A stretch of 64,000 nt of DNA from Tubulanus polymorphus (lineage: Eukaryota; Animalia; Nemertea): the NCBI RefSeq assembly GCF_964204645.1, contig NC_134027.1, positions 6,976,485 through 7,040,484 on the forward strand, given 5' to 3'. This document shows, piece by piece, positions 1 through 11,933 of this stretch (position 1 is its first letter; the number at the start of each line of letters is the position of its first letter). The translations under genes were made by a program, and so were the position numbers. Under the pieces are notes generated by a model, which had not been told where the DNA came from, did no database searches, and was given only the letters and a program-made list of their open reading frames with translations.

Positions 1-1682
1 CTCGTGGAATCGTAATCAATTTCAGATATGTGACACACATTTACTCAGTCGTATAACACGAGAACAAATCGCTCAGGATAAGTTCTATTCTATTTTCGAA
101 ATGGGCGTTAGCATTCCTGCAGCGAGTTCTTCCATATCACCCCCTCCCCTCTCTCACTGAACAACAATACCACCGTAGATTTGTATACCCGTCTTGAGAT
201 ATATATAGAAAGCGCCTAGCACTAATCTAAGTTACCTAACTAATTTACGCAAAGAACTCTTAACATAGAAATTCATTTCCAAATAAAACGCGTAATAGTC
301 TTTATTAAACGTGATTTGCAATGTAGACATGTAGTTTGACAATTTGTATCCCCATTTTTTCCAAGTATCAAGTTACATAGTACATGTTCTTGAATATATC
401 TGACATTTCCTCAGTTTACTTGCAAGTTATTTCACTTTTGAAAATCGATTGGCTGGACAAAATGAAAATTATATGAAAGATTAGAAATTTGGATTAATTC
501 AAAATATATAAATAAGCTTACCTTCGATGAAATAGCGAAAAGCTGCTTGGTAATGTGCAGCTAATGGAGGGCACCAAACAAGACGCTAGTAACGCCACCT
601 GTATAACGTTTAATAGACTAACAATCACATTGGGGGTGGAAGGTATTATACGCAGAGTAGAACAATTCGAGGTAATCCGAACTTATCATAAGAAAACCAA
701 CCTCACGTTATTTAGTGACGATCGACAACTTTTTTATTTCGGGAATTCAATTTCAAATTTTGGGGGCATATTTGCCTATTCTATTCAAAGATATTTGTGT
801 ATTATGCACAGCGTTTACATTTTCGTTTATCTAAAAAGATAAACCATATGTATGTATGTATGGAAAAAAAACTTTTGAAGAATCTGCGATCGATTTGCAT
901 GTGAATGAATGGATACCCGAAATACAAGATAGCCGTGGTTCATTTACATCAGCATCTTCCATCCCTCAGTTGCTGGAACGATGGAGCATCCCTCCGCCTT
1001 CATATTACATTACTATTGGAGCTATAAAAGGTGCGAATTCCACCTCGTTTGCCTGGCTCTATACACTTTTCTTACCAATATACGCTCATCTAGCTAGTAG
1101 TACAAGCTGTAACTTGCTTCTTCTTGAGAACTAAATGTAAGCATTTGAGTAAGCCTTCATATGTATTGTGATGTTGTTCAGTAATCCGTTAAACCATCGA
1201 TGTTCACTTAGCGTTCAAAATATTTCCTAGATTAACGCAATAGACGAATCGAATGATATTTGCAGAAAGACATTTGTACACTTCTTATCGATGATTATTT
1301 TGTGCGGTCATATTCATATATATATACAAGTATACAAATTCATATATTCGAGTATACAAATAGAATATATAAAACAGAATTTTTTCATGGATTGATCGAT
1401 ATTTAGATATAATGAATCGTTTTAACTGGGGTTATTGATTTATTGAATGTTCCTCCGGGCAGTTCTCATAAAATCATCTTTATATAAACTATATCATAGA
1501 AAAATCGTGGAAAAAGGCAAATTATTTTATTTCAGCATATCTGTAATCAATTTTGTTTGTAAAAAAGGTCGTATGATGATCATCATCTGCCAATCAAAGC
1601 ACGTCTTTTGAAGACTTTGTACATATTCGATATAACATCGTTGCGTTGCGGACTTTCTGGAGGAACAGTTGCAGCGACGAAA

Positions 1683-2621
1683 ATGCTCAACACCACGTCG
1701 TACCCAGCAGTACCTCGGTTCACGTACGTTTTCATCGCCATGGAAATCGTACCGCGTGTTCTCGTGAACAGTTCGGCAAGGATTACGATCTGTATTCTGT
1801 ACGGAACTTCCATCGGCCTCGGTATGGTTGGGAACGTTCTCATAGTTATCGTCATGTTTACAAAAAGGTGTTGGAAAATGTCTTACAGTCGCTTTTTCGT
1901 CGCACTCGCCGTCAGCGATACGTTCGTTTTATCTTGGACATCGCTTATTCTAGTTAACACGATATACGGTGGTTCGATTATTGAGCTAAATCTGTCAATA
2001 ACCTGTGCATTTTTAAGTTTTCTAGCTCAGATCTCTTTGTCTTGTAGTTCTGGGATGTTAATGTTGATTTCGATAGAACGATTCTGCCTTGTTCGATTTC
2101 CATTTAGAAGCCGACAGTTCTGGACGACAGCCAGGACATCTGCCTTCTCCGCAATGCTAATTGTATCGTATTGTGGTATTTTTGCTTTCATTTTCCGATC
2201 GGTTACCTACGAGCCAGGAAACGGTTGCGTTATAACCCAATTCGGCGAAAACGTACAGAACATTCTCGGTCCTTTCACTGCGTCCTATCTACCGATATTA
2301 ATTCTAGTCATTTTCAACGCGTTCATTTACGGTTCTTTGATATCAAAGAAAATGGGCGTTAAAGTACCTTCGACGAAAGTAAAACAGGTAACGATTATGT
2401 CGATGTCTGTATGCGTTGCGTTCATAATACTGACGCTACCAAACGACACTGTTGGAGCGCTGATGCTTGTTCCATCCTTGAAGGAGACATTGCAATTACC
2501 ATTCATCGTATCGTACGCCGTAAAATCGTTGAATTTTTCGTGCAACTTCTATCTGTATGTAATATCCGGGGGTGAGTTTAGAGCTGCTCTGAGACACATA
2601 TTTTGCGGACAGCATCTTTGA
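1683..2621 (+). CDS. Intronless rhodopsin-family (class A) GPCR, peptide/FMRFamide-receptor-like
   Basis: First true ATG at 1683 (MLNTT, N-glycan sequon). Seven hydrophobic segments with GMVGN (TM1), LAVSD (TM2), ISIERF (DRY equivalent), FIILTLP (TM6) and NFSCNFYLY..GGEFR (TM7/helix 8). Confidence 0.9.
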   Translation: MLNTTSYPAVPRFTYVFIAMEIVPRVLVNSSARITICILYGTSIGLGMVGNVLIVIVMFTKRCWKMSYSRFFVALAVSDTFVLSWTSLILVNTIYGGSIIELNLSITCAFLSFLAQISLSCSSGMLMLISIERFCLVRFPFRSRQFWTTARTSAFSAMLIVSYCGIFAFIFRSVTYEPGNGCVITQFGENVQNILGPFTASYLPILILVIFNAFIYGSLISKKMGVKVPSTKVKQVTIMSMSVCVAFIILTLPNDTVGALMLVPSLKETLQLPFIVSYAVKSLNFSCNFYLYVISGGEFRAALRHIFCGQHL

Positions 2622-3334
2622 AGGTGAATTGAAGTGCCAAATATTTTTGAACATGGAAAGCCTCAAAGTCCTTCATAAATCACTGTTGTAGATCATGTTT
2701 CAAAAATATTTTCACGTTAAAACAAGTGTTGATTTAACTCTAGCTTTTTTGCGTGTGAAAGCGTGTCGTGTTGAAAACACATTAGATTTATCATACATAT
2801 ATCACCCGACTAGAAATTTACCTTCATTATAACTGATTCTAAAAAATAAGTAACTGGACGAATTCACCGTGTCCCTTCATATGGATAGATGATGTTATCA
2901 TAAAAATGACACGACAAACCAAACGCGAGCCAATGAACACTACCCCTTTGTCTTTCCCAGAGACTATCGCATCACAACCTTTAAATCATCCACTTCATAT
3001 ACTTTATTTATTTATTATAGTGACATGTGCAATATGATATGGTTTATAATTACTTAACCCTGCACCCAGCTCTAAAATGCCTTCATGCATAATCGATTGT
3101 GGGTCTTGAACGAGAGATAAAATATATTCCGCAAAAACGATAAGCAAAAATTCGTCTGTGTATTTTTAAAGATACCATCGTTTGGGCTGCATACAGCCAC
3201 CCATCATCGTTACAAATAATTAAAATTCGGCTAAAATTACACCCATCACATACAGCGTTCATAAAAGCTCGTGTCAATGTTAATTCACTTGTCCTTTAAC
3301 TCTCGGTGATATGAACCAAAATGCCAAACAACTA

Positions 3335-3455
3335 CTCGTAATTCGTAAAACTTAAGTCGTAAAACGTAAGTCGTAAATCGTAAGTCGTAACGTATTGAAG
3401 GAAATGTATTAGTAACTCGTAAAACGTAACTCGTAAATCGTAATTCGTAAGTCGC
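3335..3455. repeat. Degenerate 7-bp minisatellite, (TCGTAAN)n, in two blocks
   Basis: Units such as tcgtaat, tcgtaaa, acgtaag and tcgtaag repeat, interrupted by a ~25-bp spacer. Confidence 0.8.
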
Positions 3456-3546
3456 ATGGCCCATGAGGAATTCCATATCAGTGTGTGTCACGACCCAATT
3501 GGTTTTTACAATACAGCAGTACTGCGCAGGGAATGTGGAATACAGC

Positions 3547-4324
3547 CGGTACTCGAAAAACGCCTAATGAAATACACCGAATCGGAAAACGCATAACGCC
3601 TAATTCCTAGAAAATGACCTAATTTCGTAATTGCACCATCTACTGAGACTCACAATCCAACTCATCAACGGAACAGTTTGAAAATACATGTGTTTTACGC
3701 TTCACGAAACGAGACTACTACTCTAATAAACTTCATTATAGGATGATGATAGAATGTCCGCCGTGCAAGCGATCAATCACATAACGCCATAGAAGTGTAA
3801 ACTGAAACAGTTTACACTTCTATGATAACGCGAAAACAAACGCCGCGGTTATAAACCGGCTTTCTTGAATTTTGAAACCGGAATGCATAAATATGGTACA
3901 ACCTTCGCTCGTAGGTACAACGCACACAGAGACTGATAAAATAGCCATTCTCAAAATTATCCTCCAAAAATGTTCACAACCACGCTAATCTTCCGAACCT
4001 ACCGAACCAATGAGAGACTAAATAATGTCCAGCCCCTGAACTTCCTTGAACAAAAATAATAAACTATATGTTCCATAAAATGATGTCTTTTATTATCATA
4101 ATACTCTGTCTTAATATGAAATAATAACACAGATAAGCCTGCGTAACCAAAGACAGTAGAAACGAAGATGGAACAGGCGGCGCTCCACGCACTCCGACGT
4201 GAACTATGTAGCGTTGTGTACATAGTTCACGTAGGGATTTAGGTCAATTTCTTGGATGTTACTTGAATTAGGCGTTATGCGTTTTCCGATTCGGTGTTTT
4301 TCATTAGGCGTTTTTCGAATACCG
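3547..4324. mobile_element. Non-autonomous DNA transposon (MITE), 778 bp, ~60-bp TIRs, 9-bp TSD (Mutator-like)
   Basis: cggtactcgaaaaacgcctaatgaaatacaccgaatcggaaaacgcataacgcctaattc at 3547 is the reverse complement (2 mismatches) of 4265-4324. Flanked by the direct repeat gaatacagc (3538-3546 and 4325-4333). No transposase ORF. Confidence 0.88.
3788..3824. mobile_element. 37-bp perfect palindrome with 7-bp TSD; probable P/Galileo-type excision footprint
   Basis: ataacgc | catagaagtgtaaactg aaa cagtttacacttctatg | ataacgc: 17-bp arms, CA..TG ends. Confidence 0.65.
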
Positions 4325-4390
4325 GAATACAGCATGTTAAATGCATGTATATGGATGTATATGTGATTTTCTTAATTGAGATATCTGAAA

Positions 4391-6106
4391 ATGAGGACGA
4401 CGTCAGAAGAAACGGCACCGTTGATAAAAAACGATCAATGTGGTATTCAAGAAAATAGAGACTGTGCTAGCGGTAAAAAATGGCGATTGGTAATAATCGA
4501 GCCGATTATGTTACTGTATACGTTTGCGGAGATCGGGTTGATACCGATAACCCAACAGTACCTATACTCTAGATTCGGTAACACATCATATTTGCAAAAC
4601 TCGAGTCAGTGTTCAGAGAATACGTCTAATCCACATCAGAAAGAAATCGACTACATGCAAGAGGAAACATCAAAATGGTCGCAATATATAGAGATTGCGT
4701 ATTCGATTCCAGCGTTTATTTTGGTACCAGTTATCGGCACCTTTGTCGATACTGCGGGTCGACGAGTCGCATTACTTGTACCTTGTTTTTTCGCGTTGTT
4801 GCAATCCATCTTTTTATCGGTCATCATTTATTTCCATTTACCGGTTCACTGTTTAGTGTTCGTTAAGCTGCTCCAAGGAATTGGGTCGTGGGAGGTTGTT
4901 CTAATGGTCGTGTATACGTTACTCTCCGACACGACGAAACCCAGTGAAAGAGCCATACGTATGACAATAGCCCAGGGGATTTACATCGTATCATCTGCTG
5001 CTTCCGAAGCAGCTGTTGGATTCTGGATACAAAATAGCGGTTATCTATATTCTTGTATATGTATGGCAGCATTATTGGGTTTGAATTGGCTGTACGTATA
5101 TTTGCTAGTGCCAGAAACTTTAGACTTAGAAGTTGTGCCTGGAGATCGGACGGCTTCGCTAAAATGTTCGTGCATACAAAGAATTAGAAGTCTTGCTACA
5201 GTTCTTCGGCAAAATGAAAACGGTCGTAGAGTCAGAATCATTGTTCTAAACATACTATATTTTCTATGCGTGTTTCCAACAAATGCTTATCTTTCAATTA
5301 TCATATTATTGGCGATGGATACCCCGCTTTGTTGGGGGCCACTAAAGATTGGAATTTACCAAGCAGCGCATGCATTGATACTACCTGCAATGAGTATAAC
5401 TGGAATCAAGATATTCAAGTTTTGTTTATCAGAAATGTCTATGTCTTGCATCGGAATCGTGTCGAATATGACGTCGTTTATTGTTCTTTACCTTATAAAA
5501 ACGGGATGGGGAATGTATTTAGGTAGGCTTTTAAACTTATAAATCACATTTAGGAAACGCCATACGTACCAGATCTTAATCATGTATCCAAACCGGCTTT
5601 CAATTCAGCTTGTGCAGTAAACGGATTTTCAATGATGACTGTTGCCATTTACCGTGCAATGTTATCTAAAATTGTCGAGTCACATGAACGGGGTAAGTAT
5701 ATTCGGATTACATTCAGCTTCGTTGTGACTTTAGTCTAATCTATCTCCTCGATATTTTCCAGGTAAAATATTCGCTTTGGTTGCCCTGGTAGAAGCAGTT
5801 TGTGGACTAATAGCTACGCCTTCCATCAACGCCGTCTATCGGACGACTGTGAGTTACGCCCCCAGAACAGTTTTCCTAATGGATTTCTCTATTGTGATTC
5901 TTGCACTGTTCTTCGTTATGTAAGCTAACTAGAAACTTTACCCAAAAGATCCTACCTCATACAAAATACATCTTTTCTTCGACATACAACTAATACATAT
6001 AGTTTGACTTGTAGTACCATATTATGTTTTTATTTTTAGATTGTACGTGTGCCACGAGAGACGACTGCGACACTCTGTAAATGACCACAACGAAAAAGAG
6101 AGTTAA
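4391..6106 (+). CDS. SLC46-family MFS transporter (PCFT/SLC46A3-like), copy A
   Basis: Exons 4391-5522, 5609-5692, 5763-5919, 6040-6106 with GT-AG introns in frame. N-terminal EETAPLI dileucine-type signal, IIEPIMLLY, D..GRR, DTT...ERAIR, LVPETL, PLCWGP..IG and RAMLSKIV..HERGKIFA. Confidence 0.9.
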
Positions 6107-8817
6107 AAAGTCTCCATATGACACGTGCGGATACTTAACCTTCTAGCGATACCCATATCAATCGTAGAACAATAGGCCTAATACATCCTACGAGTAGGAC
6201 CCAACGTGTAAAATTCAACTTGCCAGTATAGGCTTCAATCTATGGGGCCCAACCTACCGTTTGATATTCTTTGATTTTACGTAATAAACAGGTTTCCTCT
6301 TTCCGAATGAAATGATGATATTCAAAATGTTTTTAGAACTGTTTTTACTTGTTGTTGATGTTAAGAACAGGTTACTCAAATTTACTGACGTATGTATGTG
6401 ATTCTGGAGGATACAAATGACGTCAACAACGTATCAGAGTCGATGCTAAGTTTATACATTCATTATCATCACAATTCAGCCAAACATTACATAAGTAGAT
6501 GATGTGAATGAAACAAGTCAAGAAGGATGTCGTTAGCCTCAAAACGTTCGTATTCTATTTTTCCGACCAAAACCCCGATTCGCCGACGTTAAGAAATGTG
6601 AAACAATGAACATTGGCTGTAAGAAAATGAACCTTGGAATTTTTATCGTCTTTGTGTGATATGACACGACCCAAAAAATAGAACTAATGTTTGCATATCA
6701 TATAATCGTGTGTTTGTTATTATCTCTCCAAGTTAGCGGGCGAGGGATAGTGGTACTGGAGCATTGGTTCGATTGTCATTAAGGGTATGTAACGACATCA
6801 AATACATATACATACATTAAAAACAAAACAATATCATCACGAAAATAACAGAAAGAATTTCGTACCCACAGGTCAAACGGCCTTTGTATATTTTAGTGAC
6901 AAGTCTTTTATTTCTCACATTAATGCACCGATTCAACATGAAGTCCACTTTATGAAAATGTCGACTTTGGAAGAAGAGAACGCGCTGTTAATAGAAGGGA
7001 ATCAATGTGGCGTTCAAGAAAATACTACATTTTCATACTATAACATACTATATTTTCTATGCGTGTTTCCAACAAATGCTTATCTTTCAATTATCATATT
7101 ATTGGCGATGGATACCCCGCTTTGTTGGGGGCCACTAAAGATTGGAATTTACCAAGCAGCGCATGCATTGATACTACCTGCAATGAGTATAACTGGAATC
7201 AAGATATTCAAGTTTTGTTTATCAGAAATGTCTATGTCTTGCATCGGAATCGTGTCGAATATGACGTCGTTTATTGTTCTTTACCTTATAAAAACGGGAT
7301 GGGGAATGTATTTAGGTAGGCTTTTAAACTTATAAATCACATTTAGGAAACGCCATACGTACCAGATCTTAATCATGTATCCAAACCGGCTTTCAATTCA
7401 GCTTGTGCAGTAAACGGATTTTCAATGATGACTGTTGCCATTTACCGTGCAATGTTATCTAAAATTGTCGAGTCACATGAACGGGGTAAGTATATTCGGA
7501 TTACATTCAGCTTCGTTGTGACTTTAGTCTAATCTATCTCCTCGATATTTTCCAGGTAAAATATTCGCTTTGGTTGCCCTGGTAGAAGCAGTTTGTGGAC
7601 TAATAGCTACGCCTTCCATCAACGCCGTCTATCGGACGACTGTGAGTTACGCCCCCAGAACAGTTTTCCTAATGGATTTCTCTATTGTGATTCTTGCACT
7701 GTTCTTCGTTATGTAAGCTAACTAGAAACTTTACCCAAAAGATCCTACCTCATACAAAATACATCTTTTCTTCGACATACAACTAATACATATAGTTTGA
7801 CTTGTAGTACCATATTATGTTTTTATTTTTAGATTGTACGTGTGCCACGAGAGACGACTGCGACACTCTGTAAATGACCACAACGAAAAAGAGAGTTAAA
7901 AAGTCTCCATATGACACGTGCGGATACTTAACCTTCTAGCGATACCCATATCAATCGTAGAACAATAGGCCTAATACATCCTACGAGTAGGACCCAACGT
8001 GTAAAATTCAACTTGCCAGTATAGGCTTCAATCTATGGGGCCCAACCTACCGTTTGATATTCTTTGATTTTACGTAATAAACAGGTTTCCTCTTTCCGAA
8101 TGAAATGATGATATTCAAAATGTTTTTAGAACTGTTTTTACTTGTTGTTGATGTTAAGAACAGGTTACTCAAATTTACTGACGTATGTATGTGATTCTGG
8201 AGGATACAAATGACGTCAACAACGTATCAGAGTCGATGCTAAGTTTATACATTCATTATCATCACAATTCAGCCAAACATTACATAAGTAGATGATGTGA
8301 ATGAAACAAGTCAAGAAGGATGTCGTTAGCCTCAAAACGTTCGTATTCTATTTTTCCGACCAAAACCCCGATTCGCCGACGTTAAGAAATGTGAAACAAT
8401 GAACATTGGCTGTAAGAAAATGAACCTTGGAATTTTTATCGTCTTTGTGTGATATGACACGACCCAAAAAATAGAACTAATGTTTGCATATCATATAATC
8501 GTGTGTTTGTTATTATCTCTCCAAGTTAGCGGGCGAGGGATAGTGGTACTGGAGCATTGGTTCGATTGTCATTAAGGGTATGTAACGACATCAAATACAT
8601 ATACATACATTAAAAACAAAACAATATCATCACGAAAATAACAGAAAGAATTTCGTACCCACAGGTCAAACGGCCTTTGTATATTTTAGTGACAAGTCTT
8701 TTATTTCTCACATTAATGCACCGATTCAACATGAAGTCCACTTTATGAAAATGTCGACTTTGGAAGAAGAGAACGCGCTGTTAATAGAAGGGAATCAATG
8801 TGGCGTTCAAGAAAATA
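5249..8817 (+). repeat. Very recent tandem duplication, period 1793 bp
   Basis: 5249-7024 is repeated at 7042-8817, including introns and intergenic DNA. I saw no differences in the stretches compared by eye. A 17-bp junction insert lies at 7025-7041. Confidence 0.93.
6952..7899 (+). CDS. Chimeric, internally deleted SLC46 copy (first 24 codons of copy B fused in frame to the C-terminal half of copy A); may be a pseudogene
   Basis: MKMSTLEEENALLIEGNQCGVQEN + TTFSYY (junction) + NILYFLCVFPTNAY... Exons 6952-7315, 7402-7485, 7556-7712, 7833-7899 with intact splice sites. Confidence 0.75.
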
Positions 8818-10488
8818 GAGACTGTGCTAGCGGTAAAAAATGGCGATTTGTAATAATCGAGCCGATTATGTTACTGTATACGTTTGCGGAGATCGGGTTG
8901 ATACCGATAACCCAACAGTACCTATACTCTAGATTCGGTAACATGTCATATTTGCAAAACTCGAGTCAGTGTTCAGAGAATACGTCTAATCCACATCAGA
9001 AAGAAATCGACTATATGCAAGAGGAAACATCAAAATGGTCGCAATATATAGAGATCGCGTATTCATCTCTGGCATGTATTTTGGTACCAGTTATCGGCAC
9101 CTACGTCGATACTGCGGGTCGACGAGTCGCATTACTTGTGCCTTGTTTTTTCGCGTTGTTACAATCCATCTTTTTATCGGTCATCATTTATTTCCATTTA
9201 CCGGTTTACTGTTTAGTGTTCGTTAAGCTGCTCCAAGGAATTGGGTCGTGGGAGGTTGTTCTAATGGTCATGTATACGTTACTCTCCGACACGACGAAAC
9301 CCAGTGAAAGAGCCATACGTATGACAATAACCCAGGGGATTTACATCGTTTCTACAGCTGTTTCGGAAGCAGCCGTCGGATTCTGGATACAAAATAGCGG
9401 TTATCTATATCCTTGTATATGTATGGCAGCATTATTGGGTTTAAATTGGCTGTACGTATATTTTCTAGTGCCGGAGACTTTAGATTTAGAAGTTGCACCT
9501 AATGTAGATCGGACGGTTTTGTCTTCATGCACGTTCGAACAAAGAATTAGAAGTCTTGTTGCAGTTCTTCGGCGAAATGAAAACGGCCGTAGAGTCAGAA
9601 TTATAGTTCTAAACATATTGGTTTTTCTGTACGTGTTTCCATCATTTTCCTCTGTTGCGATAATAATGTTGATAATGATGGATACCCCGCTTTGTTGGGG
9701 GCCACTCAAAATTGGGATCTACCAAGCAGTATATGCGTTGATACTACCTGCAATGAGTATACCCGGAATAAAGATGTTCAAGATTTGTTTATCAGAAATT
9801 TCAATATCTTGCATCGGAATCATGTCGAGTATGGCGTCGTTTATTGTTCTTTACCTTATTACTGCAGGATGGGGGATGTATTTAGGTAAGGTATAAAAGA
9901 ATTCGAATCGTATTTAGGAATCATATTCTCAAGGAAGAATATAATCTTGTGTCCAAACTGGCTTTCAATTCAGCTTGTGCAGTAAACGGATTTTCAATGA
10001 TGACCCTCGCCATTTTCCGTGCAATGTTATCTAAAATTGTCGAGTCACATGAACGGGGTAAGTATATTTGAATTATACATTCAGCTTCATTGTGACTTTA
10101 GTCTAATCTATCTCCTCGATATTTTCCAGGTAAAATATTCGCTTTAGTTGCTCTGGTAGAAGCAGTTTGCGGACTGATAGCTTCACCTTCCAACAACGCC
10201 GTCTATCGGATGACTGTGAGTTACGCTCCCAGAACAGTGTTCTTGATGAATTTCGCTTTTGTGGTTGTCGCACAGTTTTTCGTTATGTAAGCAAACCATC
10301 GCATTTTGACATACCGAATAAAGGTATTTCTTTATGAATTGAAATTCTTTTCAAGGATCATGATTTTTTCTCGTTGTCTTTTTTTTAGATTTTATATGTG
10401 CTACGTAAAACGGCTGCGACGTTTCAAATACCATACCGAAGAAGATCGATTACATTATCAACGTAGTTCTATGACTCAACCTCTATAG
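8745..10488 (+). CDS. SLC46-family MFS transporter (PCFT/SLC46A3-like), copy B
   Basis: Exons 8745-9885, 9974-10057, 10130-10286, 10389-10488. Same internal exon sizes (84 and 157 bp) as copy A and a highly similar protein. Confidence 0.9.
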
Positions 10489-11933
10489 ACTTGAAATGAG
10501 AACTTTTCAAAATTTCTTTTTCGTTTTTCGAACGGATTCCAATGCACCTTTCATACGTACATATCGGGATCCTTCCTCGATGGTCATCGGGGATATAAGG
10601 ATATGACGAAAAAGACTAGAAAAACCTGAGGACTTAATGAACATGGCAGACGATTCGTGACACAGGAACCTATCTACCTCAGGCACTTAAACTATCGTCA
10701 CAGTCCTCATTAGTCTTCCATATAAAAAGGAAATGAAACGAGCCCCCAAACAGCCTTGGATTACTACAACTTTATATTGAAATTTCCGGTTTATGTAATT
10801 CATTAGTGAGAAAAAGAAAAAAAATAATGCTTGCTATAAATAGAAAATCATCTACAACCGTGTAGTATAGTATTTAACAAGAGTTTCGACATTGTTCCCT
10901 TGGGTACAGATAATTAGATCAGAAAGACGGCTGCCCATCACCCATCACCCGTGCATCACCCGTTTTTTAATGGTCCTTTGATGTTCATGTCCGTGAAGCC
11001 GGAAATAATTGTTTCCTTTTGCGCAAGGTTATGTTTGTTCGTCATCTTTCTCGAAAACCGTATTTGATTTTGCCCAAAATAGTCCAAACAACTCGGGTAC
11101 ATGTGATATAGAGGAACTCTAAGAAAAGGCATGCACTAATGTAATATCACACCGACGGTAATGAAGTAAATCACTGTTGAAATTACGGTGATAACGATAA
11201 TAACATTCTATATTCGGGATTTTGTGTTGAGTAAATATGTGGACACACCTATAAGTGAATGTTTGATAGGTCATAATTTTGTTTACAGATTCCGTCCCTA
11301 TCGAGAAAGGTTATTTCGATGATTGGCAGATGCAACTCGTACTGACCATTAAGGGATGATATTCCCAGCACTGATTCTATTGCTATAATACCAATAAAAT
11401 GATAAACCAGACTGAAAGAGTACATATCATCCAGCACGTAACCATTTTTCAAATAATGTACTTTAACAGGTGACTTGTCTTTCTGTCATTTACTTGAAAG
11501 TGATTTCATCACAAACAGGAAAAGCATCAGTACGTAAGTATGCTAGGTGAATCGGAATCGTTGTTTGTTTCCGAGAACACTTGTTGAGATAAACCTCAGA
11601 ATGAAACGCCCATAATTATAACACCTAAATCTGTCACTCTATATGACTAAATTCTATTTCTGTAATGAATTCCCCGTTCGACTGGGTTGCGCTGGCTGTG
11701 ATTGGCTGTACGCTATCATCTGTTGCCGTTTATATATTGGCGGTAAACCTCGAGCGAACAGCAGATAAAGAGATCTACACGCACATCAGGATTACTCGTA
11801 ACCGCATTGCTCTACGTATTGAACAGCCAAGCATCGTGAGGGTCTTGCAGTAAATCTATTTACCTGACGTGTAATAACATTAGAAAACGAACTTAAAGAG
11901 ATACTTCACATTCTCGATAAAATAACGCAAGAT

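Noticed and set aside
1683-2621. GPCR as the receptor for the His-rich peptides
   Set aside because: It is over 30 kb away, and nothing in the sequence links them.
5249-8817. Duplication as a pure assembly artefact
   Set aside because: Not preferred, because the junction has a unique templated 17-bp insert; read evidence is still needed.
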